From Alphaproteobacteria bacterium (GTDB lineage Bacteria; Pseudomonadota; Alphaproteobacteria; JANQMY01), in the NCBI GenBank assembly GCA_028289425.1, contig JANQPL010000001.1:194503-258502 (forward strand): a stretch of DNA of 64,000 bases. The letters are read 5' to 3'. The notes below the pieces were generated by a model. That model made no database searches. It saw only the letters and a list, made by a program, of their open reading frames with translations, and was not told the DNA's origin. Position numbers and translations under genes: made by a program. Within the stretch, counting starts at the first letter, position 1, and each line of letters begins with the position of its first letter. Positions 9,798 through 18,750 of this stretch are shown here, one piece after another.

Positions 9798-10814
9798 CTA
9801 AAGCTTCAAGAGCTGCTTGCCGAAATTGCCACCTTTGTAAATTCGCATGAGCGCTTGAGGAGCGTTTTCCAAACCCTCAAGAATATCTTCCTTGTACTGC
9901 AGATCACCCTTCTGTACCCATTTCAGCAGCCGTGCATCGGCAACCGCAAACTGGTTGCGAAAGTTTGGAAGAAGAAACCCTTGTATGGTGGCACCCGTAT
10001 GAACAACATTGAAATAATTGCGCGGGCCCGGGGGCATCTGTTCGGGGTCTCGCGGGTCATAGTTGTAACGCGAAATGCCCCCGCAAATGACGACACGCGC
10101 ATTCTGTGCCAACCGCCCCAGACAATCATTCAGCACCTCGCCGCCCACATTGTCGAAGAAGATGTCGACGCCATTGGGCGCCAATTCCCGCAACCGCTTG
10201 CGAACTTTGTCACTCTTGTAATCGATGGCAGCATCAAAGCCGAGATCGTCAACAAGCCAAGCGCATTTTTCAGGACCGCCCGCGATACCGATAACCGTGC
10301 AGCCGCAGATCTTCCCAATCTGCCCCACCACACTGCCCGTAGCGCCCGCCGCACCAGATATTACCAGCACATCACCGGGTTTAGGTTTGCCGATATGGAG
10401 AAGGCCGAAATAGGCGGTTCGACCCGTGGTGCCCAAAACGCCGAGTGCGGCACTGGCAGGCGCGTCCGAAGGAACCTTCTCCACATCCTCACCACGCACC
10501 ACCGAAAATTCCTGCCATCCCAAAGGACCGCAAACCACATCACCCACGCCAAGTTCGTGCACTTTCGATTTGAGGATGGTCCCGACGCCCGTGCCGCGCA
10601 TGACGTCACCGATTTCCGTGGGATTGACGTATCCGGCAATGTTTTCCATCCAACTCTTCAGTGCCGGATCAAAGCCGAGATAAGAGGTTTTGACCAAAAC
10701 CTCGCCATCGGAAGGGTCATTCACCTCCGCTTCGTTAAACTCAAAATCGGAATCTTGAAGTTCACGACCCAGCGGTCGGGCTGCGATAAGCCATTGACGG
10801 TTTTTCTGTGTCAT
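9798..10814 (-). CDS. NADP-dependent oxidoreductase, MDR superfamily (PTGR/YncB-like ene-reductase type)
   Basis: 338 aa with the zinc-free MDR pattern (VLVKTSYLGFDPA..., GAAGATGSVVGQIGK Rossmann motif). Confidence 0.75.
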   Translation of the reverse strand: MTQKNRQWLIAARPLGRELQDSDFEFNEAEVNDPSDGEVLVKTSYLGFDPALKSWMENIAGYVNPTEIGDVMRGTGVGTILKSKVHELGVGDVVCGPLGWQEFSVVRGEDVEKVPSDAPASAALGVLGTTGRTAYFGLLHIGKPKPGDVLVISGAAGATGSVVGQIGKICGCTVIGIAGGPEKCAWLVDDLGFDAAIDYKSDKVRKRLRELAPNGVDIFFDNVGGEVLNDCLGRLAQNARVVICGGISRYNYDPRDPEQMPPGPRNYFNVVHTGATIQGFLLPNFRNQFAVADARLLKWVQKGDLQYKEDILEGLENAPQALMRIYKGGNFGKQLLKL

Positions 10815-10820
10815 GTGGGG

Positions 10821-11564
10821 TTACTCCTCACAGCCATCCAAGCGGATGATCGTGCCGGTGGTATAGCTTGAATTGTCGCTCGCGAGATAAAGAGCACTTG
10901 TGACGATCTCATGCGGACGCCCGATACGACCGGCCGCAGAAGTGGTCGTGCGGTCCTTCTCTTCTCGCCAGCTTTTTGAAATGTCAGTCCAGAACGGACC
11001 AGCCATGATGCCGTTGACGCGCACCTTGGGCCCATACTCCAACGCAAACGCGGTGGTGATCGTGTTAAGCCCGGCCTTCGCCGCGGCATAAACACTAAAC
11101 TGCGGTTTGGGCCGCACGGCCCCCATGCTGCTGATGTTGATAATGTTGCCGCCGTCGCCCGCCGCCATCCGGCTGCCTATCAAAGCAGACAAACGATATG
11201 GTCCCTTCAGATTAACGTCCATCGTCTTGTCGAAGAGTGCTTCGCTTATCTCCAGCGATGATGGCGCGACGGGGGCAATCCCGGCGTTATTGACCAAGAT
11301 GTCCACATGGCCCAACTTGCCGTAGGCAAATGACACCAGATCATCAAGTGCGTCCCATTCAGCCACATGGCAGGCATAGGCGGCGGTACGGCGCCCAAGT
11401 TTTGCGATTTCTTCGGCAGCCTTCTCGCAAGCGTCGATCTTGCGGCTGACCACAAGGATATCCGCGCCTTGTTCGGCAAAGGCTTTTGCGATTTCAAAAC
11501 CAAGACCGCGGCTACCGCCCGTCACAAGCGCCACTTTGCCGGATAGGTCGAAATAATCGGTCAC
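10821..11564 (-). CDS. SDR family oxidoreductase
   Basis: GKVALVTGGSRGLGFEIA cofactor motif and NNAG and YxxxK elements; 247 aa. Confidence 0.8.
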   Translation of the reverse strand: MTDYFDLSGKVALVTGGSRGLGFEIAKAFAEQGADILVVSRKIDACEKAAEEIAKLGRRTAAYACHVAEWDALDDLVSFAYGKLGHVDILVNNAGIAPVAPSSLEISEALFDKTMDVNLKGPYRLSALIGSRMAAGDGGNIINISSMGAVRPKPQFSVYAAAKAGLNTITTAFALEYGPKVRVNGIMAGPFWTDISKSWREEKDRTTTSAAGRIGRPHEIVTSALYLASDNSSYTTGTIIRLDGCEE

Positions 11565-11750
11565 GTAAGAAGATCTCCCTTCACTTTAGTCTTTATCGGA
11601 ATCATCAGCATTGGGATGCGACGGCGCGGTCACTCTGCCAACATGCCTGCGAATCACCATTAGCCCCGGTATCCGCCCGAGCTCCCCACCGATCGAATTT
11701 CGATCTGCTTCGGTCCGTAGGCAGAAGGGTTATCCAAAGAGGCAAAATGC

Positions 11751-11784
11751 GGGGATGCAGAAATGATTTCTATTTCTGCACCCC
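11751..11784. other. Strong hairpin (13-bp stem GGGG(A)TGCAGAAAT / ATTTCTGCACCCC, 7-nt loop) in a 577-bp non-coding gap
   Basis: Read directly. On the minus strand the stem is followed by GCATTTTGCC, so it may be a weak terminator or sRNA element. Confidence 0.3.
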
Positions 11785-11892
11785 ACGCTACCCCCCGCCA
11801 TTCGCTGAAATGGTCGAACCGCATAGCAGCACGTTGGTCCCGTACGTTCACCCGAAACCCGCAAGTTTTCCGATGCAGGTCAGTTCTTTATG

Positions 11893-11913
11893 TCTAACTA
11901 TGGTAATGATAGT
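11893..11913. promoter_or_regulatory. Conserved 20-mer TCTAACTATGGTAATGATAGT (copy 2; see 1611)
   Basis: Near-identical to 1611..1631; lies upstream of the minus-strand SDR-MDR-P450-amidohydrolase unit. Confidence 0.35.
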
Positions 11914-12141
11914 AATTTATCGGGGTTATGTCGATGGGAACTTGTCCCCGGCAGAAAGGAACGTCATGTCAATTGCGGACAAGCTGCTTATTTGATCAGT
12001 TGTGGCCGTGGCGATTGCGCACGCACCGCCGTTTTCGGCGCCCATCGCCGTCATCCCGGACCAAAATGGTCTCATATTCTTTGGCCACGCAGCTGAAACG
12101 ACGAGGAACACGCCATTTTGCCGGGGACGGCGCATCGGCGC

Positions 12142-12954
12142 CTACACGAGGCCCATTTTCTCGCCAATTTTGGACGGCCAATAGGCGCGGAAATGATCGC
12201 CCACATGTTTTACATGGTCGCCCATCAGGCGGCCCGCCTTCGCCGCATTACCGTCAATGATAGCGCGCGCGATGGCCTGGTGCTCGCATACCACTTCGTC
12301 AGCGATATCAATGCTTCTGACGACCTCAAACAGATGTTCTTCGACCATATAGCCGATCGCCTGATGGCCGAGCGCTAAAATACGGTTGCCCGCAAGGACC
12401 GCCACCGTATCGTGAAAGATGTCACCCACCCGTGGCATTTCGGTGCCTTCCAGGTTTTCAAGGAAGGGCTCCATCGCGGTGCGCACCGCTGCACGATCCG
12501 AATTCTCTGCGGCAAGCCGTGCCAACACGGGCTCGGTAATTGTCCAGGCAAAAAGCAACTCGTCGTAACTGGCACCGGCCATATGAAGGTAAAGAGTCAT
12601 GGTGCGCGCCAGGTTACGCGGATGAACCCGACCGACCACAGGCCCGCCCCCAGGGCCAGGGCGGATAAGAATCAATCCTTGAACTTCGAGCAATCGCAAC
12701 GCTTCACGAAGTGACGAACGACTCACGCCATAATGGTCAAGCATCTCAGCTTCCAACGGCAATCGGTCTCCAGACTTCAGTTTCTGGCGAATAATGTCGC
12801 GGACAATATCCAAAGCGACACCCTCGGAGGTTTTGAGGGGGCGGCGGCCCGGTACGTCCAGCCACCGCGCCTTTGCACCCGCAACGGCGCCAGCCGGCGT
12901 CGTTTGTTTTTGGTTTTTCTGCGGCGTATGTGTGCGTTTGCCGTTTCGCGCCAT
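12142..12954 (-). CDS. GntR family transcriptional regulator, FadR/FCD subfamily (paralog 2)
   Basis: GVALDIVRDIIRQKLKSGDRLPLEAEMLDHYGVSRSSLREALRLLEVQGLILIRPGPGGGPVV HTH plus FCD domain. Confidence 0.8.
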   Translation of the reverse strand: MARNGKRTHTPQKNQKQTTPAGAVAGAKARWLDVPGRRPLKTSEGVALDIVRDIIRQKLKSGDRLPLEAEMLDHYGVSRSSLREALRLLEVQGLILIRPGPGGGPVVGRVHPRNLARTMTLYLHMAGASYDELLFAWTITEPVLARLAAENSDRAAVRTAMEPFLENLEGTEMPRVGDIFHDTVAVLAGNRILALGHQAIGYMVEEHLFEVVRSIDIADEVVCEHQAIARAIIDGNAAKAGRLMGDHVKHVGDHFRAYWPSKIGEKMGLV

Positions 12955-13020
12955 CGTCGGATCTCTCTGTCTATGTCGACCTTGAGCGGTCAGATCACAA
13001 CCTTATGCTGTGACAAGTTC

Positions 13021-13037
13021 CTCATTATCATCATGAG
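13021..13037. promoter_or_regulatory. AT-rich dyad CTCATTATCATCATGAG (member of a recurring CTCATYATGATWAT box family)
   Basis: Inverted repeat CTCAT-N7-ATGAG, 70 nt upstream of the GntR paralog 2 start. Related boxes at 21451 and 25394. Confidence 0.3.
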
Positions 13038-13196
13038 TTAATGTGAGGGCTTGTGACTATACTAACAAGAGTAAAGAAGGTCGCTGGCAAACGATGGGCG
13101 CCCACATTAGCCGCGACGCGACCTATTTCACCGTAAAACGCTCTAGCTCGACGTTTCTGGTGTTCGCGTAAGAGACCAATTCAATGCCATTCTTCG

Positions 13197-14609
13197 TTAT
13201 GTCGTGAAAACAATGTGACCGGAAACAATGGTTGCGGCGACAAGTTCTTCCGACAACTGCGGCAAGGCATCCCGAATCGGTTCGTTGAGCAAACACAAAT
13301 CGGCAGCGCCCCCGGCAGTAACTCTGCGCGGCTCTCCTCCCGGGTTGCGGGCACCCGTCAAGTACAGTGATAGGGCCTCGGCAGACGTAATCCCTTCGGC
13401 GGACCCAACGGCCCTGTTGTCACCGGTGGCCCGGCGTTCTACAGCAGACCGCATCCCCACCCAGGGATTTGGCTCCGTATACGGCGCATCAGAACTTCCT
13501 GCAACGCCAATCCCTGCGTCACGTAAACTACGGCAGCGATACAGATCTTCGATTTCTTCCGGCGATATTTCTGATAGATAGCGTGCGCCTCTTTCAAAGA
13601 TGAAAGCGGATTGTGTGACAACCGTTAGATTCATGGACTTAATGACGGGAATCGCGTCCCAGGGAATTAGTGCGCCATGCTCCAATCTGTCTCCCGGTTG
13701 GGTTCCCTCGCTCACAAAAGCGGCAAGAGTGAATGCGAGTTCCGCGTACGTCACGCAATGCACGGCCACCGCGCGGCCCTGCCGGCGTGCACTTCGTATC
13801 TGCTCGCACATCGAGTCTATTGGGAGCAGGTTGGCTTCGTCTAGAATGATCTTGACCGGTCCAATCTCAAATGCGCCGTCTGGGGGGCGGGCCAGTTCTC
13901 CACCACTCATCATCATGAGATGTTGCGGCAAATCACCCCGCCGTCTTGCGTCCGCCAGAATTGCGGCGGACGTATCGTCGTTTGTAACGGAAGCATCCGT
14001 AAGAGAAGTTATGCCGTAACCGGCCAATTTTTTCCCAATCTTGCAAAAATTAGGTCGGGTAGCACCAAGTTGACGTCGCAGCCAGTGATCGCCTCGCCAG
14101 ATGCGTCCCGTTGGCCGGTTTTTTTCATCTTTTTCGACACAGTCTGGATCACCGTCCGTCGATATGGATCGAAGTGCCAAACTATTCAGCATCCAGAGGG
14201 CTCCGGTCTGATGCTGTATCCGAATCGGATGGCGAGGCGAAATGATGTCCAGTTCCGGGAGACCAAGTGGCCCGGCAATTCTTTCATGATAACCAACGGC
14301 CCTGATCCACGCCCCGTCTTGAAGCTGGCCGGCGAACGTTTGGACGATTCTGACAATGTCATCAAAGTCTTGGGCGTTCTCCAAGCGCACGGAGCGCAAA
14401 GCCGCCTCGAGAGATAACAGATGGATGTGATGATCGGTCAAGCCCGGGATGAGCGCCCCCCCACGTCCATCCAGTTCATTCCGCCCATTCAAACCGGTGC
14501 CAATTTCGCGGATCCAGCCATCCGCAATCCGAACGTCCAAATTCGGCCGACCGGCGATTTCGACATTTCGAATGAGTAGGGAACCACCTTCAGTCCCTGG
14601 GCTATCCAT
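13197..14609 (-). CDS. Amidohydrolase family protein (amidohydrolase-3-like, HxH metal site)
   Basis: GALIPGLTDHHIHLLS metal-binding motif. Likely start MDSPGTEGGSLLIRNVEI at about 14609, overlapping the upstream gene's stop by 8 nt. Confidence 0.7.
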   Translation of the reverse strand: MDSPGTEGGSLLIRNVEIAGRPNLDVRIADGWIREIGTGLNGRNELDGRGGALIPGLTDHHIHLLSLEAALRSVRLENAQDFDDIVRIVQTFAGQLQDGAWIRAVGYHERIAGPLGLPELDIISPRHPIRIQHQTGALWMLNSLALRSISTDGDPDCVEKDEKNRPTGRIWRGDHWLRRQLGATRPNFCKIGKKLAGYGITSLTDASVTNDDTSAAILADARRRGDLPQHLMMMSGGELARPPDGAFEIGPVKIILDEANLLPIDSMCEQIRSARRQGRAVAVHCVTYAELAFTLAAFVSEGTQPGDRLEHGALIPWDAIPVIKSMNLTVVTQSAFIFERGARYLSEISPEEIEDLYRCRSLRDAGIGVAGSSDAPYTEPNPWVGMRSAVERRATGDNRAVGSAEGITSAEALSLYLTGARNPGGEPRRVTAGGAADLCLLNEPIRDALPQLSEELVAATIVSGHIVFTT

Positions 14610-15666
14610 GGCGTCGTTCCGGTATGCATTTTGTCTCGGCCGCAGCGGCGGCGGTCGGCGCCAAGGCAGCGTCAACAATGTATCCGCCACCTTTCGCTAG
14701 TGCCTCCAGCGCGGCCACAAAGGCGCGCACGCCCGTAAGCGGATCAGCAACCGCGTCTCCAACGAATAGCGGGCTCCCGTCTGGACAACGGCCGACCAAT
14801 CCGCCGGCAGCCGCCGCATCGTCGCCAAAAGCGACCCAGGCAGCGCCTGCACCGCGAAAGCCGTATCCGGTGATCGCCACCCAAACCAGTCTTGAGTTCC
14901 AGGCGAAAACCAATCTCGGGGATAGACCCAGAGCTTCTAGGGCGCGTGGCCGAGCGCTGGTAATCAGAACGTCGGCGTTTCGAACCTCTTGCGCCAACCA
15001 GTCGCGGCCTGCGCACGCTGTGAAATCCACAACACAATCCAACTTCCCAGCGTTTAACTTCTGATAGAAAGGCGCAATGCCGCGGCTGCCGTCCGGGCGT
15101 TTGGGACTCTCTACTTTCTTGACGGTTGCCCCCATATGGGCAAAGAACGATCCACACAGCGGGCCAGCCCAGAGACTTGACATGTCGACGACACGAAGTG
15201 GCACCGCTCGAGGCAATGGATGGAGCGGGGTTAGCGGTATGAGGATTGATCTGGATAGGTCCGATGCCACTTCGCCCACACGTGACACCGGAAGACCGAG
15301 TAACCGGGCCCGAGCAACCACTTCCTTTGCCGGCGTTTTCTCTGCATACGCCTTAATGTCATCCCAGGCATTACCGGAACTCGTGGCTTGCGTCCAGGCG
15401 GGCAGCAGTTCTCTGTCGTCTTCGCGCGACAAGTTTACGGCGATCCAGCCGTCGGCCGCCCGTAGCATCTGACACGACCGATTGGCCGACCAACGCCCCG
15501 GACGGTCCAGCGGAAGAAAACCTTCCCTCGATAGAACACCGGCCTCGTCGATATCGACACGGTGGCCCCATGCGCCCGAAAGGTCACGGGCACGGTCCGC
15601 ATGACGCTGAACAAAAGACCGTATCTGTTTCAAGAAGCCGGCTCCACTGCGTCTATCAGACCCCAT
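14602..15666 (-). CDS. Family III CoA-transferase homolog with apparently circularly permuted segment order
   Basis: In one frame the CaiB mid/C-terminal-like segments (RPGRWSANRSCQMLRAADGWIAVNLSRED...ARARLLGLPVSRVGEVASD) precede the canonical N-terminal glycine motif (VVDMSSLWAGPLCGSFFAHMGATVKKVE) and the rest of the large domain. Start is uncertain: the ORF track extends to 15810 and overlaps the crotonase ORF. Confidence 0.5.
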   Translation of the reverse strand: MGSDRRSGAGFLKQIRSFVQRHADRARDLSGAWGHRVDIDEAGVLSREGFLPLDRPGRWSANRSCQMLRAADGWIAVNLSREDDRELLPAWTQATSSGNAWDDIKAYAEKTPAKEVVARARLLGLPVSRVGEVASDLSRSILIPLTPLHPLPRAVPLRVVDMSSLWAGPLCGSFFAHMGATVKKVESPKRPDGSRGIAPFYQKLNAGKLDCVVDFTACAGRDWLAQEVRNADVLITSARPRALEALGLSPRLVFAWNSRLVWVAITGYGFRGAGAAWVAFGDDAAAAGGLVGRCPDGSPLFVGDAVADPLTGVRAFVAALEALAKGGGYIVDAALAPTAAAAAETKCIPERRHG

Positions 15667-16646
15667 GAGAGGGCGGTCGGAACATCGATCTTTGTTCCCG
15701 TTACCGCCATGTAACACGTTCGGTGCCTCCCGATTCGTCGAGGAATTGACGCGGTTCCCCCTGCGCCCGGGATGAGACCCATGGAAACTTCCGGTAACTG
15801 AAAATAGCAATTGGCCTTGGCCAAGACCTTACCGGCCGCAGCGGGAAACTCGATGCCGGCTCCTATACACGGGCCATGAAGATGGGCGCTCACCCGGCGT
15901 CGCGCCTGACAGAGAAGCCCAACCGGAGAACGCAACGTTCTGATCAAATGCGCCATGCCAACATCTTGGGCAGATCCGAATTCGTCTAAGTCACCTCCTA
16001 CGCTGAATGTGGCGCCCTCCCCCCGCATCTCGACAAAACGCTCGTCCGGGTCGTTCAGGATAAAGTCCAATGCCATGCACAACTCATCACGCATGCGCGC
16101 ATCGAATGCGTTTCGCGCCGCCGGCCGCGCGAGAACCATATGAATCTTGTCTTCCTGTTCGAACAGTTTGACGCGATGATGGTGATCGGGCCGACGTCTC
16201 CGAGGCTTTTGGTTCTGTTGCCATTCCCGAAACTCTGCACTCGAAAGCAGCATCGAATAGGCTATGGACTCCAACGTGAGGGCCTGGTCCATCGGCAACG
16301 CTTCGCCTGTCCGCAACACAGCGGCTAAGACACCGCATGCAACCGGCCTGGCCTTCAGTGTCGCCTCAAGCTCTTTGACAACCGCCTCTCGTTTGTCGCT
16401 TGGCAGCACGGTCCACGGCCGCGATGCCCCGTCTGAAGACGACAGCAATATGTCAAACTTTGCCAACAGATCCGGGTCAATGGGAGGTTTGTGCTTGCCG
16501 CGGTGAATACCCACGCGCACCACTCCCGGAGCTACCGGCTCCATCGATGGCGGACTATCGTCGATCACGACCAACTCAAGGCCACCACCGCCGGCCTTGA
16601 TGATTTCTTTCGCTAGTTCTTGCCGGTCAGACGACCAACCCACCAT
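15630..16646 (-). CDS. Enoyl-CoA hydratase/isomerase (crotonase) fold protein, atypical order (C-terminal-helix-like region N-terminal to the core)
   Basis: Crotonase core motifs sit in the C-terminal half (GATFSVGGDLDEF; GPCIGAGIEFPAAAGKVLAKANCYFQLPEVSMGLIPGAGGT). The segment resembling the usual C-terminal helices (LTLESIAYSMLLSSAEFREWQ) sits at aa about 100-145. The protein ends right after the core. Confidence 0.55.
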   Translation of the reverse strand: MVGWSSDRQELAKEIIKAGGGGLELVVIDDSPPSMEPVAPGVVRVGIHRGKHKPPIDPDLLAKFDILLSSSDGASRPWTVLPSDKREAVVKELEATLKARPVACGVLAAVLRTGEALPMDQALTLESIAYSMLLSSAEFREWQQNQKPRRRRPDHHHRVKLFEQEDKIHMVLARPAARNAFDARMRDELCMALDFILNDPDERFVEMRGEGATFSVGGDLDEFGSAQDVGMAHLIRTLRSPVGLLCQARRRVSAHLHGPCIGAGIEFPAAAGKVLAKANCYFQLPEVSMGLIPGAGGTASIPRRIGRHRTCYMAVTGTKIDVPTALSWGLIDAVEPAS

Positions 16647-16663
16647 GGAACGTATTCCGATCC

Positions 16664-18178
16664 TTAGCCAACAACCTCATCCGCACTCTTTTGTTTGATG
16701 AATTCCGATTTCAATTGACGGCGCAGTACTTTGCCCGTGTCTGTATAAGGCAGACTGGACCGAAACTGCCAAATTTGGGGCGTTTTCGTTGAGCGGAGCC
16801 GCTTTCGAACCCACTCCACTAATGATTTTTCAGATGGGGCGGATTTGGGAGCCACAACCACCGCAGCGATACATTCCCCCCACTGATTATCCGGCACCCC
16901 CAACACAACCGCATCGCTTATGTCCGGGTGCGCGCGCAACACGTCTTCGATTTCGCCTGGAGATATATTCTCTCCCCCTCGCACGATAATATCGTCAAGC
17001 CGGCCTTCGACGAACAAGTATCCCTCGTCATCCATAAACCCGCCATCTTTGGTGGCGAACCAGCCACCTGCACCTTTCGCATTTTTGTTGACGTATTCAC
17101 CGGATATTTGATCACCCCGCACAAAGATTTCACCGGATTGCCCCCGGGGAAGAGACCGCCCCGATTGATCCCGGACATCAATCTCGATCGACGACAGCGG
17201 CTTCCCGACCGACGTAAGCCGGCGGCGCACAACAGGGTTATCGGATTCAATAGCGCGGCGATGGTCTTCAGGTCCGAGCATAGCAATGGTCGAACTGGTT
17301 TCAGTGAGACCATAAGCATTCACAAAGTCTACCTGGGGCAGCAATCGAAGCCCGCGTTCGATCACTGCTTGAGGCATTCGGCCGCCGCCGTAAGACAGGG
17401 ATTTCAGACGCGCAAGGTCCGCGCCTGTTCGGTCAATGACGTCGAGGATTCGTTCCAGCATAGTCGGCACCACCATGGCCTGTGTGATCCCTTCGGAAAC
17501 CACGAGGTTCACCCAGTCCTGGGCATCGAACACAGGCAAATAAACGATGCGACGTCCAGCATACAGATTTGTCAGAATCGCCGAGATACCCGCAACGTGA
17601 TATGACGGAACACTGATGAGAGCCGCCTCGTTTTCGTCCGCACTGTTAAACTCTACCGTGGAGATCACGTAAGAAGACAAATGGGAATGCCGCAAAACGG
17701 CTGCCTTCGGCTCTCCGCTCGTCCCGCTCGTAAACAACAGAACGGCCGCTTGGTTTTCCAAGTCCGACACTCTTACGGGATAGTCCTTTCCCGCATTGCA
17801 TAACCGCTCGAATTCCGTGTCGCTTACCAACGCCGCATTCTCAACACCGGCCACGCGCTCTACCATGTTGGAGTCCACGATCGCCACTGAGGGAGCCGTG
17901 CGCTCCAAAAGCCGTCTGAGTTGGCGGTCCGGCAACCGAAAGTTCAAAGGGACAAAAGGCACGCCCGCATGCGCGGCAGCAAAAAGCGCAATCGGCACCG
18001 ACGTGGCATTCAAACCGATATGAACGCACGACCCTGATTGAGTGCTGGTCAACCAACGGGCTGCGCTTCTGCTCTGCCGCAGCAAATCAGTGTAACTCAA
18101 ACCATGATGGCGGCGCCCAAATCCAATGCGGTTGGGACAAGCATCGGCAATCATCTCTAGTAGGAGGGGTACGTTCAT
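16664..18178 (-). CDS. AMP-dependent acyl-CoA synthetase/ligase
   Basis: LLFTSGTSGEPKAAVLRH AMP-binding motif; 504 aa. Confidence 0.8.
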   Translation of the reverse strand: MNVPLLLEMIADACPNRIGFGRRHHGLSYTDLLRQSRSAARWLTSTQSGSCVHIGLNATSVPIALFAAAHAGVPFVPLNFRLPDRQLRRLLERTAPSVAIVDSNMVERVAGVENAALVSDTEFERLCNAGKDYPVRVSDLENQAAVLLFTSGTSGEPKAAVLRHSHLSSYVISTVEFNSADENEAALISVPSYHVAGISAILTNLYAGRRIVYLPVFDAQDWVNLVVSEGITQAMVVPTMLERILDVIDRTGADLARLKSLSYGGGRMPQAVIERGLRLLPQVDFVNAYGLTETSSTIAMLGPEDHRRAIESDNPVVRRRLTSVGKPLSSIEIDVRDQSGRSLPRGQSGEIFVRGDQISGEYVNKNAKGAGGWFATKDGGFMDDEGYLFVEGRLDDIIVRGGENISPGEIEDVLRAHPDISDAVVLGVPDNQWGECIAAVVVAPKSAPSEKSLVEWVRKRLRSTKTPQIWQFRSSLPYTDTGKVLRRQLKSEFIKQKSADEVVG

Positions 18179-18304
18179 ATGACCTTCAACGGTTTTGCGG
18201 CAGCGCCTTCCTATTCCCTAAGGAGAAGTTCGTCCTACGTCGACCAACTCAATCGTCCTCAAAATTCCAGCTCGCGACGAAAAGTTTCCCATAGTGCTAA
18301 AAAG

Positions 18305-18613
18305 TTAATCAGAAGACGGAAGGTCTTTTGCATCCTTCAGCGTAAGCCGCACCCCGTCAACGGATAACGACCCTTCACCGGACTTGACCGCGAGCACCTC
18401 CAGGCCGGAAGGATCATGCACATATCTCTTGCCGATCACCGTACCACTCGCGTGATCAGATGACGGTCCCCGGCCGATCTTTTCCCCGTGATCTTTCAGC
18501 ACCATAGCTTCGCCGCCGCACTGTAACGACACAGCACCATTGGGCACTTTGACAACGACAACCTCAGTATCGCACACAACGCTGCACCAGCGCGATCCCG
18601 GTTTGAAATCCAT
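18305..18613 (-). CDS. Hypothetical small protein (102 aa), function unknown
   Basis: Co-oriented ORF between the ligase and the CoA-transferase pair; no recognisable motif (3 Cys, CxxxC). Weak call. Confidence 0.3.
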   Translation of the reverse strand: MDFKPGSRWCSVVCDTEVVVVKVPNGAVSLQCGGEAMVLKDHGEKIGRGPSSDHASGTVIGKRYVHDPSGLEVLAVKSGEGSLSVDGVRLTLKDAKDLPSSD

Positions 18614-18750
18614 TAATCAACTACTCCCGGCAGTGCCGACAACGGTATATCGGCGCCCTCCGAATTCTTTGTCCTTGTCGTTTGGTCCTCACGACATCTT
18701 TGCAGCAGCCAATCCGTATGACCTTCCTTCTTATTCAGCATACAGTGGGT

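Noticed and set aside
9429-10871. 480-aa plus-strand ORF antisense to the MDR reductase and SDR genes
   Set aside because: No recognisable domain; lies entirely opposite well-supported genes. Typical long antisense ORF of GC-rich DNA.
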